64,000 bases of DNA from Callorhinchus milii (Eukaryota). The stretch is from positions 66,342,001 through 66,406,000 of the forward strand of contig NW_024704743.1 of assembly GCF_018977255.1 (NCBI RefSeq). Reading direction: 5' to 3'. Shown piece after piece: positions 12,901 through 25,479 of this stretch (positions are counted from its first letter, which is position 1; each line of letters begins with the position of its first letter). A program made the position numbers and the translations under genes. The notes beneath the pieces are model-generated. The model was not told where the DNA came from and ran no database searches. It worked only from the letters and a program-made list of their open reading frames with translations.

Positions 12901-13612
12901 TGTCAGCCTGGCTCAGTTGGTAGCACTCTTGATTTAAGTCAGAATCCACCCCCACATTGGGCTCTGAACGTACAGTCCAAGGTGGCACTCTAAATTTTGG
13001 TCATGCCCTTCTTCAGTTAAACCAAGGTTCTATCTGTCTGTTTAGGTGCATATTCAGGATCTCATGGAATGATTTGAAAATAGAAGAGAATTTCTCCCAG
13101 TGTCCTGGCCAAGAATGCTTCAGACAAAATTAATCATTCACTTCATTCACTTTGTGGAATCCTGAAGCTCAGTGGTTAGACCACTCGCCTTGCAAGCGAG
13201 ACACCTGGGTTCAATTCCAGGCAGGGCGAAACCTTGGGCAAGTTTCCTTACTCCACACGCCTAATAATAATAATAATCCCTCCAAAACAAAACACAATAA
13301 TAAATTGGTCATTTTCAATCCGCGACTGTTTGTGGGACACTGCTGTGCGCAATTGGCTGCCGTGTTTTGCCCACAAATATACAGTCAATTCACTTTACAA
13401 CATATTCTGTGAAGCGCTTTGAGACGTCTAGAAGTACGTGAAAAGTGCTATATCAAATGCAAGGATTATTACTATTATTATTCATAGGCGTTTATGGGAC
13501 ATTGCTGTGCACATACTGTCCTACAAATGCATAATCATTATACTTTACAGCAAGGTTGTGTGATGGGCTTTGAGATGAACATGAAAAATGATGCATCAAA
13601 TGCAAAGATTAT
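12901..13612 (+). mobile_element. SINE family B with a nested SINE family A (~13153-13482)
   Basis: The host B copy breaks after TCATTCACTTCAT and resumes at ...TTTATGGGACATTGCTGTG after a complete A copy. Confidence 0.85.
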
Positions 13613-13804
13613 CAAATGAAAAAATAATTCCCCAAAATGGTGGGAAGCATTAATTATGACTTCCATTTTCCTGTCTAGTTTAGGATATTCACAAAATACT
13701 TATGCAATTTCTGAAAGCCACCAGAGTACATTAAAAAAAAGCAAGAGAACAAAATCCAATTAAATTTGGCACTGTAAGCTTCCAATGTTGTTTCAACTAG
13801 TTAG

Positions 13805-14416
13805 CTATATGAGACAGGGGCAGAGAGATGGCAGATGAAATGTAATACTCAAAAATATGAGGTCATATAATTTGGGAGGGAGAATAAGGAGAGGAAGTAC
13901 ATACTAAATGGTAAAATCTTAAAAGGAGTAGAGAGCATGGAAACCAAGGGGTTAAAAAACATATTTTTTTTAAAAAGTGGGAAGGTGGGTGGACAAAGCT
14001 GTGAAGAAAGCTAATGGGATCTTAGGTTTTATTAATAGGGGAATAGAATATAAAATCAAACAGTTTATGCCTAATTTGTACTAACTTTTGGTTAGCATGT
14101 GATTTGATGTGGTTAGCATATTTTGTCCAGTTTATCAATTTAAGATATTTAAGATAATTTCAAAGTGGCAAAGGGAAAAATTAGCAGCATTGTTTTGGTT
14201 GTTGGAATATGGATTGCCCCGCTGGGACCAGTGATTTAAACATGATCCATATTAGCCTTCAAAAAGGACCTCGATACATATCTTAAAAGGAATAATTTTC
14301 AGGGATATGGGGAAAAAGCAGGTAAATGGGACTGAATGAATTGCTCTTTCAAAGACATGGAGAAAAGACATGGAGGGCTGAATGTCCTTCTGTGCAGTAA
14401 ATTTCTATGGTTCTAT
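13805..14416 (+). mobile_element. CR1-clade LINE 3' fragment, degraded
   Basis: WQMK.N..K..V..FGR.N-like coding remnant and a TTCTATGGTTCTAT tail. Confidence 0.75.
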
Positions 14417-14609
14417 TTAGCCAAATGTCAAGAATTATATCTGACATTTCAGAGACAAATACTTCTGCAGCCAAAGTTTTTCTGAACACATACAACTCCA
14501 TGATGACTGTCAATTTTGCCCTTTGACCCTTTTGTCATATTTTGATTGGTCAGAAGTCAAAGTTATTTATGTGCGAGTCCAGATAGGCTTGACCATGTAA
14601 ACAATTATA

Positions 14610-14945
14610 CAACACCAACAACAACTTGCACTTATATAGTGCCCTCGACCAGGGTAGAGTTTCAAAGTGCTTGACAGTGGCGGAGCCTAACTCCGACCTA
14701 GGGAGGAGGTGCCCGTAAGCACGGTCGAAGAGGAAGGTTTTCAGGCGGGACTTAAAAAAGGGGAGAGAGGGGGCAAGGTGGAGAGATTCAGGAAGGGTAT
14801 TCCAGAGTTTTGGGGTATAGTGGCTGAAAGCGCAACCTCCAGTGGTAGGGTGGAGAGTGCGAGGGACAAGCAGGAGGCCGGTGCCAGTCGAGCGGAGATG
14901 CACGCTGGTGGATTAGGGAGTGAGGAGGTCGGAGAGGTGCCAGAG
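14610..14945 (-). mobile_element. L2-clade LINE 3' fragment (second subfamily)
   Basis: ORF 14550-14903 contains GGCAFS..PKLWNTLP.SL...FKSRLKTFLFDRA. Tail ends AAATGCAAGTTGTTGTTG-like. Confidence 0.85.
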
Positions 14946-16924
14946 AGTGAATGGATTTGTTTCATTTATATAGCATCCTTCAAACAGGGTAGCGTTTCAT
15001 AGCTTATTCTTCTCCAGACAGAAGTTTTCTTCACACATTTCAAAAACCAATCTCCAAATCAGAAAGTTGGTGAGGCAAGGAGTCTGAGAGGTATTGGTGT
15101 GATGATACAACTTTTATCTAGGTGCCTGGGTTCCCCAAACACATATCTTATAAACAGTAAGACTGTTGTTACAGTGGAGATGTTGAGATCGATATTTTAC
15201 CCCTTTTCAAAAAGATCATACAAAATTATGAGAGATTTGGATGATGAAGGCCCTTTGGTCCATTTGATCTCATCCTTCAAGAATACCAATCAAGCTTTTT
15301 TTTAAATTAGTCCAATGTTCTTGCCTCTGTAAGTGTCATATAATTTGATTTGTATCATGTAATCTCTAATGCTGTGTAAACTAAGAAAACATGTGTATCT
15401 ATTATAGCTATTTTCTCTAAAAACAGAAATGCAGGAAATGTTAAATGTAACTAATAATAAATATGCAAAAACAAAAATAATTATTAGCTGGATGGAACTG
15501 CAATAGCTTTTCTGTTTTTGTGCATTCCAGTGTTCCTATGAATAAGTATCCTAAGTGGAATCTATGGTATGTAAACATTGTGTGACTATTTACTTTCTAA
15601 CTAATCTTTGAAACTGAGGATACTGAGCAATAAAACTCGGTTAAGGAAAAATATATAATTCAAAATATTAAAATAATTTTAAAAACTGACTCAAAATAAG
15701 GGGTTTATAGCAAAAGACAACAATCTACATGACACCACGATTGATATATAAATCACCAGGAATACTTTCATCCATCCACATTCTGCATGTAACTTTTCCA
15801 CAGAGGCCATAAGAGGTATATAAGAGATAAAATGATTTATTCTCTAATAGTGTATCTTCTGAGACCGATCTCTCCATAATGTCTCCGAACACCTCATTGA
15901 GCCTCTGGCAAAAGCAGGGCCTGTATAGACAGCATTTATTACTTCTAATAAAGCTAGACTCAGATGTCCCATGTAATTTTATATACAGCAGGAATCCTGG
16001 CAATATTGTTGATAGTGGAAGCTAAACCATCAAATATAAGTGTCCTCATCTTCTAGCCAGATGAAGAAACAAGGTTGATAATGCTTTGTTTCTTGAAAAC
16101 TTTATTTTATCTTCATTCAAGCATTAGTGTATTGTATATTTTCCTATGGTTTATTTTGCTTGAAAATTTTGCTTGAAAAGGTTGAAAATGTCATAATTAA
16201 TATTTGCTTAATTTTTTGTGCAGCAAATTCAAATCAATGTGAGGTTATTTTAAGATAATATTTTAAGATATATTTTATATCTGATCACAAAAGACAGTTA
16301 TCATGAGGTAATATCTATGTGCACTCCAGGTAGGATAATTTACAAAACATTTATTTTCTGAGATATGCTTTTTTAATGTTGAAAGGATGGGACTTGTGAG
16401 TATTCATTTTCCAAAGATTTATTCTGCATTGTTCTGGAATGTAAGGAATGCCAAGCTAAATTAAATCAATGGTAAATGTAACTGAAAGAGTAGATTTTGA
16501 AGCATATTCTGTCTGAATCTAAAATAATTTCTGGCACATCTTTGTCAATTTGTAGCTCTGCTGTGTCACAGGAGAGGCTAACTTCTTTTGGTTATAATTA
16601 ATATAATCATGAGTTACACTACGCTTGATTTGTTCTGTTGATCATAGCTTTACTTTGATTTAAGTGGATTGCTTATAGCTATATCCAAGTCCTTTCCCAC
16701 CATATTATCCAAAGGTCCCCTCTTCATTTGTGTTTATTTCAATTGCTACTACCCTCCTGCCTACAGCTCAGACACACATCCTTACCCATTGGTTCCAATA
16801 GTTGGAAATATGGAGTTAGAACAATAGCAACGTACCAATCCATACAATTACAGTACAATTTACATTTATACAACACCTTTCCATCAAGAGATGTCTCAAA
16901 GTCTTTTACACAGCTAAAGATGGT

Positions 16925-17243
16925 GGCCTGACCTCCTCTCTCCTCAAAACAGTACCCATTGCCTTTGTTCCTCCGGGTCTGGCCTACTCCTCATCCCCCG
17001 AGTCCTCTACTCCACCCTCGGTGGCCGTGCCTTCAGCCACTAACCCTGAGGCTCTGGAACTCCCTTCTCCACTCCCTTCATCTCGCTCCCTCCCTTTCCA
17101 TTTTCAGGTCTCTGCTGAAGACCTTTCTTTTCGACCGTGCCTTTGGTCACTTTCCTCCCCCTGGCTCGGTCCCAGGATCCATTACCGTAAAGCGCTCTGA
17201 GACGCTGTCCGACGTGGAGGGCGCTATATTGTTGTTGTTGTTG
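16925..17243 (+). mobile_element. L2-clade LINE 3' fragment
   Basis: LWNSL..SL.LAPSL..F...LKTFLFDRAF followed by a (TTG)n tail. Confidence 0.85.
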
Positions 17244-17264
17244 TGTGATGCGGAAGATGACTGA

Positions 17265-17552
17265 AAGCTCAGTTGGAGACATAGGTCTTAAGGTGGGCTT
17301 TAAAACTGGGGAGAGAGGGGTGAGACAGAGGCAGACTGGGATGGAATTCCAGAGAGTAGGGGTAAAATGGCTGAAAACTCACCCACTGATGGAACCGATG
17401 GTGGAAAGTGGGGGTGGTGGAGTTTGGGTGGGGGTCACGAATCACACCAGTGTTTGCCAGTTGGAGGGAATGGCTGGGTTAGTAGGCTAGCAGGAGGTCA
17501 CAGAGCTAGGATGGGGTGAGACCATGGTGAGATTTGAATTTAAGGACAATGA
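17265..17552 (-). mobile_element. L2-clade LINE 3' fragment, degraded
   Basis: Reverse complement of CTCTGGAATTCCATCCC and flanking L2 sequence. Confidence 0.65.
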
Positions 17553-18134
17553 ACTTACTAAATCAAGGTGGGTACCAAACCGGAATATAACATTTCTCAT
17601 TTCAATCTTATTTTTGAGCCATTTATTTCACAGCTCCTAAAAAGAAAGATCATTCCACAATTCTGTGAAATCTTGAATATTAAGAGTAAATAGTTTCACA
17701 GGCTTAGAGGAGCTGTATTTCAATCATTTAGCTCTTCATAAACCCTAAATTCTTCAGAGATGTGAAAACTGCTTCAATGTCCTGTGGAAGATCCTCTAAC
17801 ACCTCCCTTGTGCTCTTGGACAACATTCATGGAAACGTTTATTGTTTTATAGATTATCCCTTCCAAGCCTCTGTCTTCTATTCTTTCACTCTGTTTCTGG
17901 GTTGCTCATCAAATCTAAATTTAAAAATTTGCATTGTATCAATTGGGCATGTACTCAAATTTGGCAGAACTGGATTCCTTCTTTTCAATGACTGCCATCT
18001 CTGAAGACTCATGGATCACTGCATTTGATTGCTGATTAGCAGCATAATGGCTTTATTATAATGTTTTTATTCAGTAAAAAATTGCTATCTCACTAATTGG
18101 TATTTGGATGCACGGCTTGGCTTCACAGACATTG

Positions 18135-18270
18135 ACATTGGTCAGTGTTGGATACATGCAGAAACCCTTCACCATATTTTAAAGTATCCAAACCAGACTG
18201 AGAGTTCCATATAGAAATTTCTGCTTGCCTGGAATAGAATGTGCACTCTTTCTCTTCCCCTCGGAGAACA
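18135..18270 (+). repeat. Dispersed repeat family C (partial)
   Basis: Homologous to 23020-23365, 42810-42940 and (minus) 47680-48050. Confidence 0.6.
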
Positions 18271-19201
18271 CATTCTCCTCAGATTAAACACATTCTGACT
18301 TTTTAAATTTAATCTTTATATTTGACCCTCCTATCTCTATTTGTTGATATTATTATAGCCAATGAGGGAGGAATTTCAGTAGCCAAATAGTTAAAAGGTA
18401 AAATGATTTGTTTGGCTTATTTTAGTGCTGGTTCAGTAGTTTACAAAAATTCCATGGCAGTGCTAAGTACCAATCAAGCCCTTTAATAATGTACTTAGGG
18501 AGTGGAACAAGAAAGCTAGACATAGCAACCACACAGGGGAAGGGTTTTGCTAGTCTGGAACACAGATTTATTGATGAATCTCAAGAATATGGCTTTTATT
18601 AGTTAATGTATATACAGGGTTCCCTGTACCTCTCACATTCCCCAGCTGTGTCTCTTAGACTATGTCCTGCATTATTAAACTTCTCGCAGCCATGACAGTC
18701 ACTGCCCAAGGAGAGTTTAAAAAAACTTTAGAGACAGATGTGGTAATTACAGGCTTTATTACATTAACGTGGAACCAATCTTCCAAACTTCACAGAGAAT
18801 TTACTATTTTAAGAAACAACAGGTAAACTATATTTTAAGATCTGATTGCTTAGTCATAAAGCAAGTTAAATGTTAGTTCACAACATATGACACATAGGAA
18901 TAAACAATAAAAGCCAATGAGACAGAGATTGGCAACAATGGAAAAGCCTTGCTCACATTTCTTTGTCAAGAAAAATCATGGCTCATTCAATACGTAAAGG
19001 CATTGTGACAATGTCAGGTCAGCTGGTTCAGCCTGGTTTGTCTGGTAACATCAGAAGGTTATGGATTCAAGCCCTACATAAGGACTTTGAACTGACATAG
19101 CATAGGCTGGCACTCCAATGCAGTGCTGCATTGTGAGAGGTGACGTCTTTTGGTTGAGACTTTAAACTGAGGTCCCGCCTGCCCAATTTATCTAGGAGAT
19201 T

Positions 19202-19552
19202 ATAAACAAAATGCAAAATACTGCAGATGCTGGAAATCTGAAACAAAAACAGTAGTTGCTGGGAACACTCAGCAGGTCAGGCAGCATCTATGGAGAAAGG
19301 AAAGTGAGTCAACGTTTCAGGTCCACGACCCTTCGTCAGAACTGGGACTGTTTGCATCATTAACACCTCTTTAATCCATTATCCCCTGTTCTCTACCCCA
19401 TTTTCTCCATTGCTTCTCTATCCCCCCTTCTCTATTACTCCTTAAAAGCCTCTCCCTCTCAACATGCCCCAGTTTTGATGAAGGGTCGTGGACCCAAGAC
19501 GATGACTCACTTTCCTTTCTCCATAGATTCTGAGTGTTCCCAGTGACTTCTG
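19202..19552. mobile_element. Penelope-like fold-back insertion with hammerhead motifs
   Basis: Inverted arms (~19249-19346 and ~19468-19552) surround a pyrimidine-rich spacer. Exact 14-bp TSD TTATCTAGGAGATT at 19188-19201 and 19553-19566. Confidence 0.75.
19307..19343 (-). ncRNA. Minimal type I hammerhead ribozyme motif
   Basis: Minus strand reads AGUU-CUGACGA-A-GGGUC-GUG-GACCU-GAAAC-GUU-GACU. It has the CUGANGA and GAAA core, a 5-bp stem II, AGUU/GACU stem I, and a loopless palindromic stem III (AACGUU). Confidence 0.65.
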
Positions 19553-19974
19553 TTATCTAGGAGATTGTTGGCCAGCATAGAAGGAGAAAATTGATTCTCT
19601 TTTCATGGGATGGGATCTTCAGCATCTAAATGAACACTCAACAGTCATCATGCGCAGCCTTCACAGCAAGTGGCAGGCGGCGGTGAACAGCAGGAGAAGA
19701 GCCTTCACCCATGGTTTAAAAGTCTAGAAAACTGGGCAAGGCATAACTGCTGAGATGGAGGGTATTTGATTTTTCCATCAACAAAGTCGTTATGTAGTGT
19801 AGTGTGACAGTGTCTTACCCTACACACAAAAGAAAATTTAGTAAGGAGGTTGCTTTTCAGGTCTCACCACTTGGGGTTAAGGCATCGAGGACCACTCCTA
19901 ATTGAAGTGCTTTGAGACATCCTTCTGACATGATACCAAATGCAAGGATTATTATTACATAAACTGCTTGTGGA

Positions 19975-20406
19975 ATAATAATAATGATCCTTGCATTTGA
20001 CACAGCGCCTAACATGTTGTTGAGACCCTCAAAGTGCTTCACAGGATATACTGTAAAGTGGATTGACTGTGTATTTTGTGGGCGAATGCAGTAACCGTAT
20101 GCGCACAGCAATGTCCCACAAACAGCCACGGGAGTAAGTCATCAATTTTATTTGGGGATTTGTCCAGGACACCAGGAGAGAGAAATTCCTTTCTGTTTTT
20201 GAATGGTGCTATGTCCACCTGAATCGGCAGATGGGACCTAGGTTTAACAGCTCATGCGAAGGAAGGCACCTCCGACCATGTAACACACCCTCAGCATTGC
20301 ATTGGAGTGTCAGTTTAGACCATGTGGTTCTAAGTCCCAACATAGGGCTTGAACCCACAACCTCCTGACTCAGAGACGAGATTACTACTACTGAACCAGG
20401 CTGATA
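19975..20406 (-). mobile_element. SINE family B, near full length
   Basis: Reverse-complement head, Deu-like core and tail. Confidence 0.85.
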
Positions 20407-20625
20407 CACAAGAGCATCGAAACAAGTCTACTAAGAATTGAAGCCAGAATAGATAAAATTGTACTGGATTGAGCACCTGCAGGTTTTAGCTTCAAAGAAA
20501 CATAAATTTACAGGTATGTAGAAAAAATATACTACCTTTAAATAACTATTCTCACCAATGTAAATTATTTCTAAACCAATATATTTAGTCCATTTAAGAA
20601 GATCTTCCATAATATTACCATAATA

Positions 20626-21110
20626 TTGGCTCCATTGACTCCCCATAACCAGTCGATCAAATTCAAGACTCTCGTCTTCACATTCAGACCCCTCCATGAC
20701 CTCACCCCATCCTATTTCTGTAATCTCCTGCAACCCCACTCAGTGAATCCCAGCCTGCTTCATGTCACCAGCCCTAGCCACCCCATTATTGGCAGTCTAG
20801 CTTTCAGACATTCTATAATAATAATCCTTGCATTTGATATAGTACCTTTCACGTCTTCTAGACGTTTCAAAGCACTTCACAGAGTATATTGTAAAGTGAA
20901 TTGATTATATTTGTGGGCGAAAATTCTGCCCCTGCTCTCTGGAACTCTAACCTGGAGTCCTCCGTCTCTCCCTTCTTCCCCACATCCCCATCTCAAAACT
21001 TACCTCTTTAACTGCACATTCGGTCATCTTCCCCCCCTTTCCCATTCTCTTCAGCTAAAATGTTTTGAGATATTCTCACAACCTATAACGTGCTATATAA
21101 ATTGTATTGT
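20626..21110 (+). mobile_element. L2 3' fragment interrupted by a 5'-truncated SINE tail (minus, ~20815-20922)
   Basis: IKFKTLVFTF..LH...LWNS remnant. ATTCT is duplicated either side of the SINE insert. Confidence 0.75.
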
Positions 21111-21289
21111 ACTGCATTATATTAAACAGCCATAAAAGTACACTTATCACTTATGTCTAGGAGCACTGGGATAGAAACTAGTAACAAGATTAATTTAGGT
21201 TTTGATGGCACTACTGCAATTGTGTGCTTCCTCATTTTGCTTGTGAAACAATACAAGACGAGTAATAATCAGGTAAGTAGTAATAATTC

Positions 21290-21790
21290 ATATGATTCAG
21301 GTCATCCAGAACTCTGCCGCCCGTATTCTTACCCATACCAAACTCCGCTCCCCGATTACCCCAGTCCTTGCCAGACTGCACTGGCTGCCTGTCCCAGAGA
21401 GGATTGACTTCAAGGTCCTCGCTCTTGTCTTCAAATCCCTCCACTCCTCTGCACCCCCCGACCTCACTGACCTCCTCTCTCCTCACAGCAGTGCCTGTTG
21501 CCTTCTCTCCACCGAGTCTGGCCTCCTCCTTGTCCCCAGAATCCTCCGCACCACCATTCTTGGCTGTGCCTTCAGCCCCTACACCCCAAGGCTCTGGAAT
21601 TCCCTTCCTCACTCCCTTCGCCTAGCCCACTCTCTTCCTATTTTCAGGTCTCGGCTAAAGATCTTTCTTTTCGATCGTGCCTTTGGTCACCTTCCTCCCC
21701 CTCCCCCTGGCTCGGCATCCGTTATTGTGAAGCACTCTGAGACACCGTCTAGCATGGAGGGTGCTACATAAATCCAAGTTGTTGTTGTTG
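21290..21790 (+). mobile_element. L2-clade LINE 3' fragment
   Basis: ORF 21292-21771 contains QVIQNSAARILT...ITPVLARLHWLPV.ERIDFK. (GTT)n tail. Confidence 0.9.
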
Positions 21791-23019
21791 AGGACACTAA
21801 TTTACACACATGCCATGCAGTTATGCAGTTACAGCTCAAGTTAAATCACCCTCAACATCAAATTGACTACAACAATCACCAGTGCTCAAATTGTCAGCCA
21901 ATCATGAGTTACTTATGCATTCTGGCAGACTGTTTAACCTGGATCTAACATAGCATCTGCCTCACCATTCTATTTAACGTGTAATTTTAAATGAATGAAT
22001 TCATCAATTCCGGTTGTAAAAATTGCTTGTGCATTCAGCCTGCCTTCCCGTTGACCCTGGTCCATCCACTTTACCTCTGGGATATTGAATCGTACATGAT
22101 TGCCACTTTGGCTTCACTACAGCTCGCCTTTTTAACTGTAACAGTCCTCGCTATCTACCCATCACCGTGAGCTGCAGTATATAATATGTTTTAGCTGTTT
22201 GTTTGCTGGTTTGCCTGATTATTATTCCTCCTTCATTGATTCTGCCATCTTACCTTAAATTGTAGGGACTCTTTTGGATAGCTGTTTCCCTTAGAGTGAT
22301 CTCATTCCTCACTTAAACAAGTCAATCTTTGCAAATCATTCTGTATCCTGCTACCTCTATCTGCTGCTTATCTTCCACTTACAATGTTGTCATGCTAGTA
22401 ATATCCATATAAATGTACAAATTTATATACGTGTGGAAATACTGTAAAAGGAATTGAAATAAGTTAATTGTTTTGCTTCTGCTTCTTAGAAAAACATTAA
22501 TGTACAGTATAAACATTGCCATTTAGAAAAAAAGCAAACCATTTAAGAAAGTTCTGATTCCATCTCACTCTCAAACATGCTATTGAAATAAAATCTGTTT
22601 CAACCAAGATTTGAACTCCAGCAAAGTTACTACTCCACCTTCAGTAAACAGCAATTTTGTCAATCATGCTTTAACTCAAGTTCTGACTGCATCCAGTGAC
22701 ACCATACAACATTCTGTTTTACCATTATAACAGGACGGACTCTCAGTCAGGCTGTCAATTTTTAAAAAAATATATACTCTGTATAAAGTTTTAAGAACTA
22801 TGATAAACTTTAACATCTTTTTGTATTTCCCACTTTCCTTTTTGATAATTTTGATGGAATTAACTTGGATGAACTACCAAAGCTGACCGTGAAGCATCTC
22901 AGTTAATATCAGCAGAGATGTAATCATTAATTCAGGCTGCTTCAGGTTTGATCCCTTGTGTTAATATAGCTCTCTCTTACTGTCAAGTTCAATGGTCTCT
23001 TTTACGCAGTTCTATTTTT

Positions 23020-23648
23020 TGGTGGTCAGGTGGTTGTCTGACACATGCAGAAACTCATCACCATGCTTAACAAGTATCCAAACCAAACTGAGAATGCCAT
23101 GCATTCCACCCATACATGGAAATTCACAATATTAGTTGGAATGGAATATGCACTCTTTCCTTGGAGGGAGGCATCCTGCTTACCTAATTCTGGGGAGTTT
23201 ACGCCCAGTTTGGCACACTAGGCTACTGCTGGAGTCTAAACCACATAAATTGCCATTGACAGCATTGTCAGATAAGCTTTCCCAAAGCTTATCCAGCTAG
23301 GACCACCCTACCTGTTAGGGCTTTGGCTTGCAGGTTTAACAGGAGCTGAGTGGGATGACTCCCTGCCCGCAGTGACTGGTTTGCCCTTCTAAGTGCTGCC
23401 GATTGACCAAACTGCCTGTGCTGTCATCACCAGTGCTCTGGAATACTATGGACCTGTCTGACTCAGGAATAGAATTTACTGACATTCTGTTGCCAAACAT
23501 GTCACCTTGGATCCAGTTCAGCTCCAAGGAAACCCCACTTACCTCCTCCCCCAAGAAGGATAGTCACTATGTAGTTATTCTACACTTAAGCATTCTGAGA
23601 CACTGCCCCGCATGAAGGGTGCTATTTAAAGGCAAGTTGTTATTGTTG
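23020..23648 (+). repeat. Dispersed repeat family C (longest copy), ending in an L2-like tail
   Basis: 23020-23365 aligns by eye with the reverse complement of 47680-48050. 23588-23648 resembles an L2 terminal stem-loop plus GTT repeats. Confidence 0.6.
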
Positions 23649-24646
23649 ATATCTGACAAGTGCAGGTTTGAGCCCTCACTGGGTGGATGGCAGGTATTAT
23701 GAAGTCCCTGTGAACTTCTTGGTGGGCAACACAGCTCAATGCGTATGAATGCATGAAAGCATTGCTACCATCTTCCTGCCCACAGCTCAGACACACATCC
23801 CTTCCCAACCCAGTCCTTCATTGACATCGTTATTGCTTCTGATAGCAGTAGAAGTACATAAATCTCAAGGGAGATACAAGGGCATGAAAGGATTTATTGG
23901 GGACAGTGAGGACCTTGAACTTGATCTGCTGGGAGACAGGAAAACAGTGGAGGCTGGTGAGGAATAGAATAATGCAAAGATGGAATGTTATGTGGGTGAG
24001 GATATGTTGGCCTGTTGCCTATAGAACACATACAGGACACAATATAAGATAGCAATTTGGGGAACTAAAAGGGAATTTAGTAGCTTCACACAGAAGGTAG
24101 TGAAACTGTGGAACTCACTTGCTGAACGGTGATTGAATCAGATAATACCTCATGGATGCATTCAAGAGAAAGCTAGACATTCACATGAAGGTGAATAGAA
24201 GGGTGTGGGAGGGAGGGAGCAGTGGGTGTAGACTCATGTGGAGTATAAACACTGGCACAGACTGGTTGAGTTGTGCTGTACATTCTTTTTAAAAGGCAGA
24301 TGCTTTGGGTAATTTACCTATGAAAAGATTTAAGTGACAGTCATGAATGAATTCCGGGTAGAAGTTTATGTAGTCTTTGATTTATATCGTGCAGAATCTT
24401 ATGAAGCATTCTATGAAACAATTTGTTACAACTACAGGAAATTGTATAAGAATACCAGATTTACTTAAATTTAGGGCACTCTGAATCTGTGGTACGGTCA
24501 GATTTTAAAGCTTGGGAGAAAAAGAGGAACTTTATTGCAATCCTAAGGCACCATTAATTCTAAGATACCTGATTTCCAAGGTACTTTTTAATTAAAAAAT
24601 CAGCAACTTAGAATTGAGTAAATACAATGTTCATTGGCTTTGTCAT

Positions 24647-24858
24647 CAATAATAATCCCTCCAAAACCAAAAACAATGATAAATTGGTCATTTTCAATCT
24701 ACGACTGTTTGTGGGACATTGCTGTGCCCAATTGGCTGCCGCGTTCGCCCATGAATGTACAATCAATTCACTTTACAGTGTGTTCTGTGAAGCACTTTAG
24801 GACGTCCTCCCGACGTGAAAAGCGCTATATCAAATGCAAGGATTATTATTATTATTAT
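24647..24858 (+). mobile_element. 5'-truncated SINE (family A body), young
   Basis: CpG-retaining core, tail GGACGTCCTCCCGACGTGAAAAGCGC, then (ATT)n. Confidence 0.85.
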
Positions 24859-25104
24859 TTGTTTTATTTTCCAAACAAGACATAGAGAATCACCAAAATG
24901 TATAAGTTATTTCATTTGCTTAAAAATACACAGCACTGTGCTTGATAGTTATTCCCTGTGAGGTGCTTTGAGACATGACTATGCTGTAGGTTTATTATTA
25001 TAATTCTTGCGGTAGTTATCAACGCCACTATCAACAATTCTAGGTCAGATTGAATCGTGAGAAAATCAAGGAGCTCATGAGGAATTATATCATATCAACA
25101 TTAG

Positions 25105-25430
25105 CTGCCAGCCTGACCCAATTGGTAGCATTTAGAATCTGAATCAGAAGGCGGCGGGATCCAACCCTATGTCGGGACTTTGTTCTCGCAGTCGGAGGTG
25201 CTGTCCTTTGAACAAGATGATGAGCCAAGGATCTGTCTTTCTGATCAGGCAGATATTAAAGATCCCATGGCACTATTCAAAAAGAGGAGGGAGTTTCTTC
25301 CAGTATTTTGTTCAATAATTTGCCAGATAAAATTGGTTATTCACTTTATAGCTGGTTGTGGGATATTGTTGTATACAAATTGGCTGCATCGTTTGCCTAC
25401 AAAATATGCAGTCACTACACTTTTCAGTGA
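25105..25430 (+). mobile_element. SINE family B
   Basis: Head, AAAGATCCCATGGCACTATT and core. Confidence 0.75.
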
Positions 25431-25479
25431 AGATATATATACTTATATGCTGTAGACCTCTTTCTCTTATCTGTGGATT

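Noticed and set aside
15725..16003. 92-aa ORF with several Cys
   Set aside because: No recognisable domain or compatible splice pattern.
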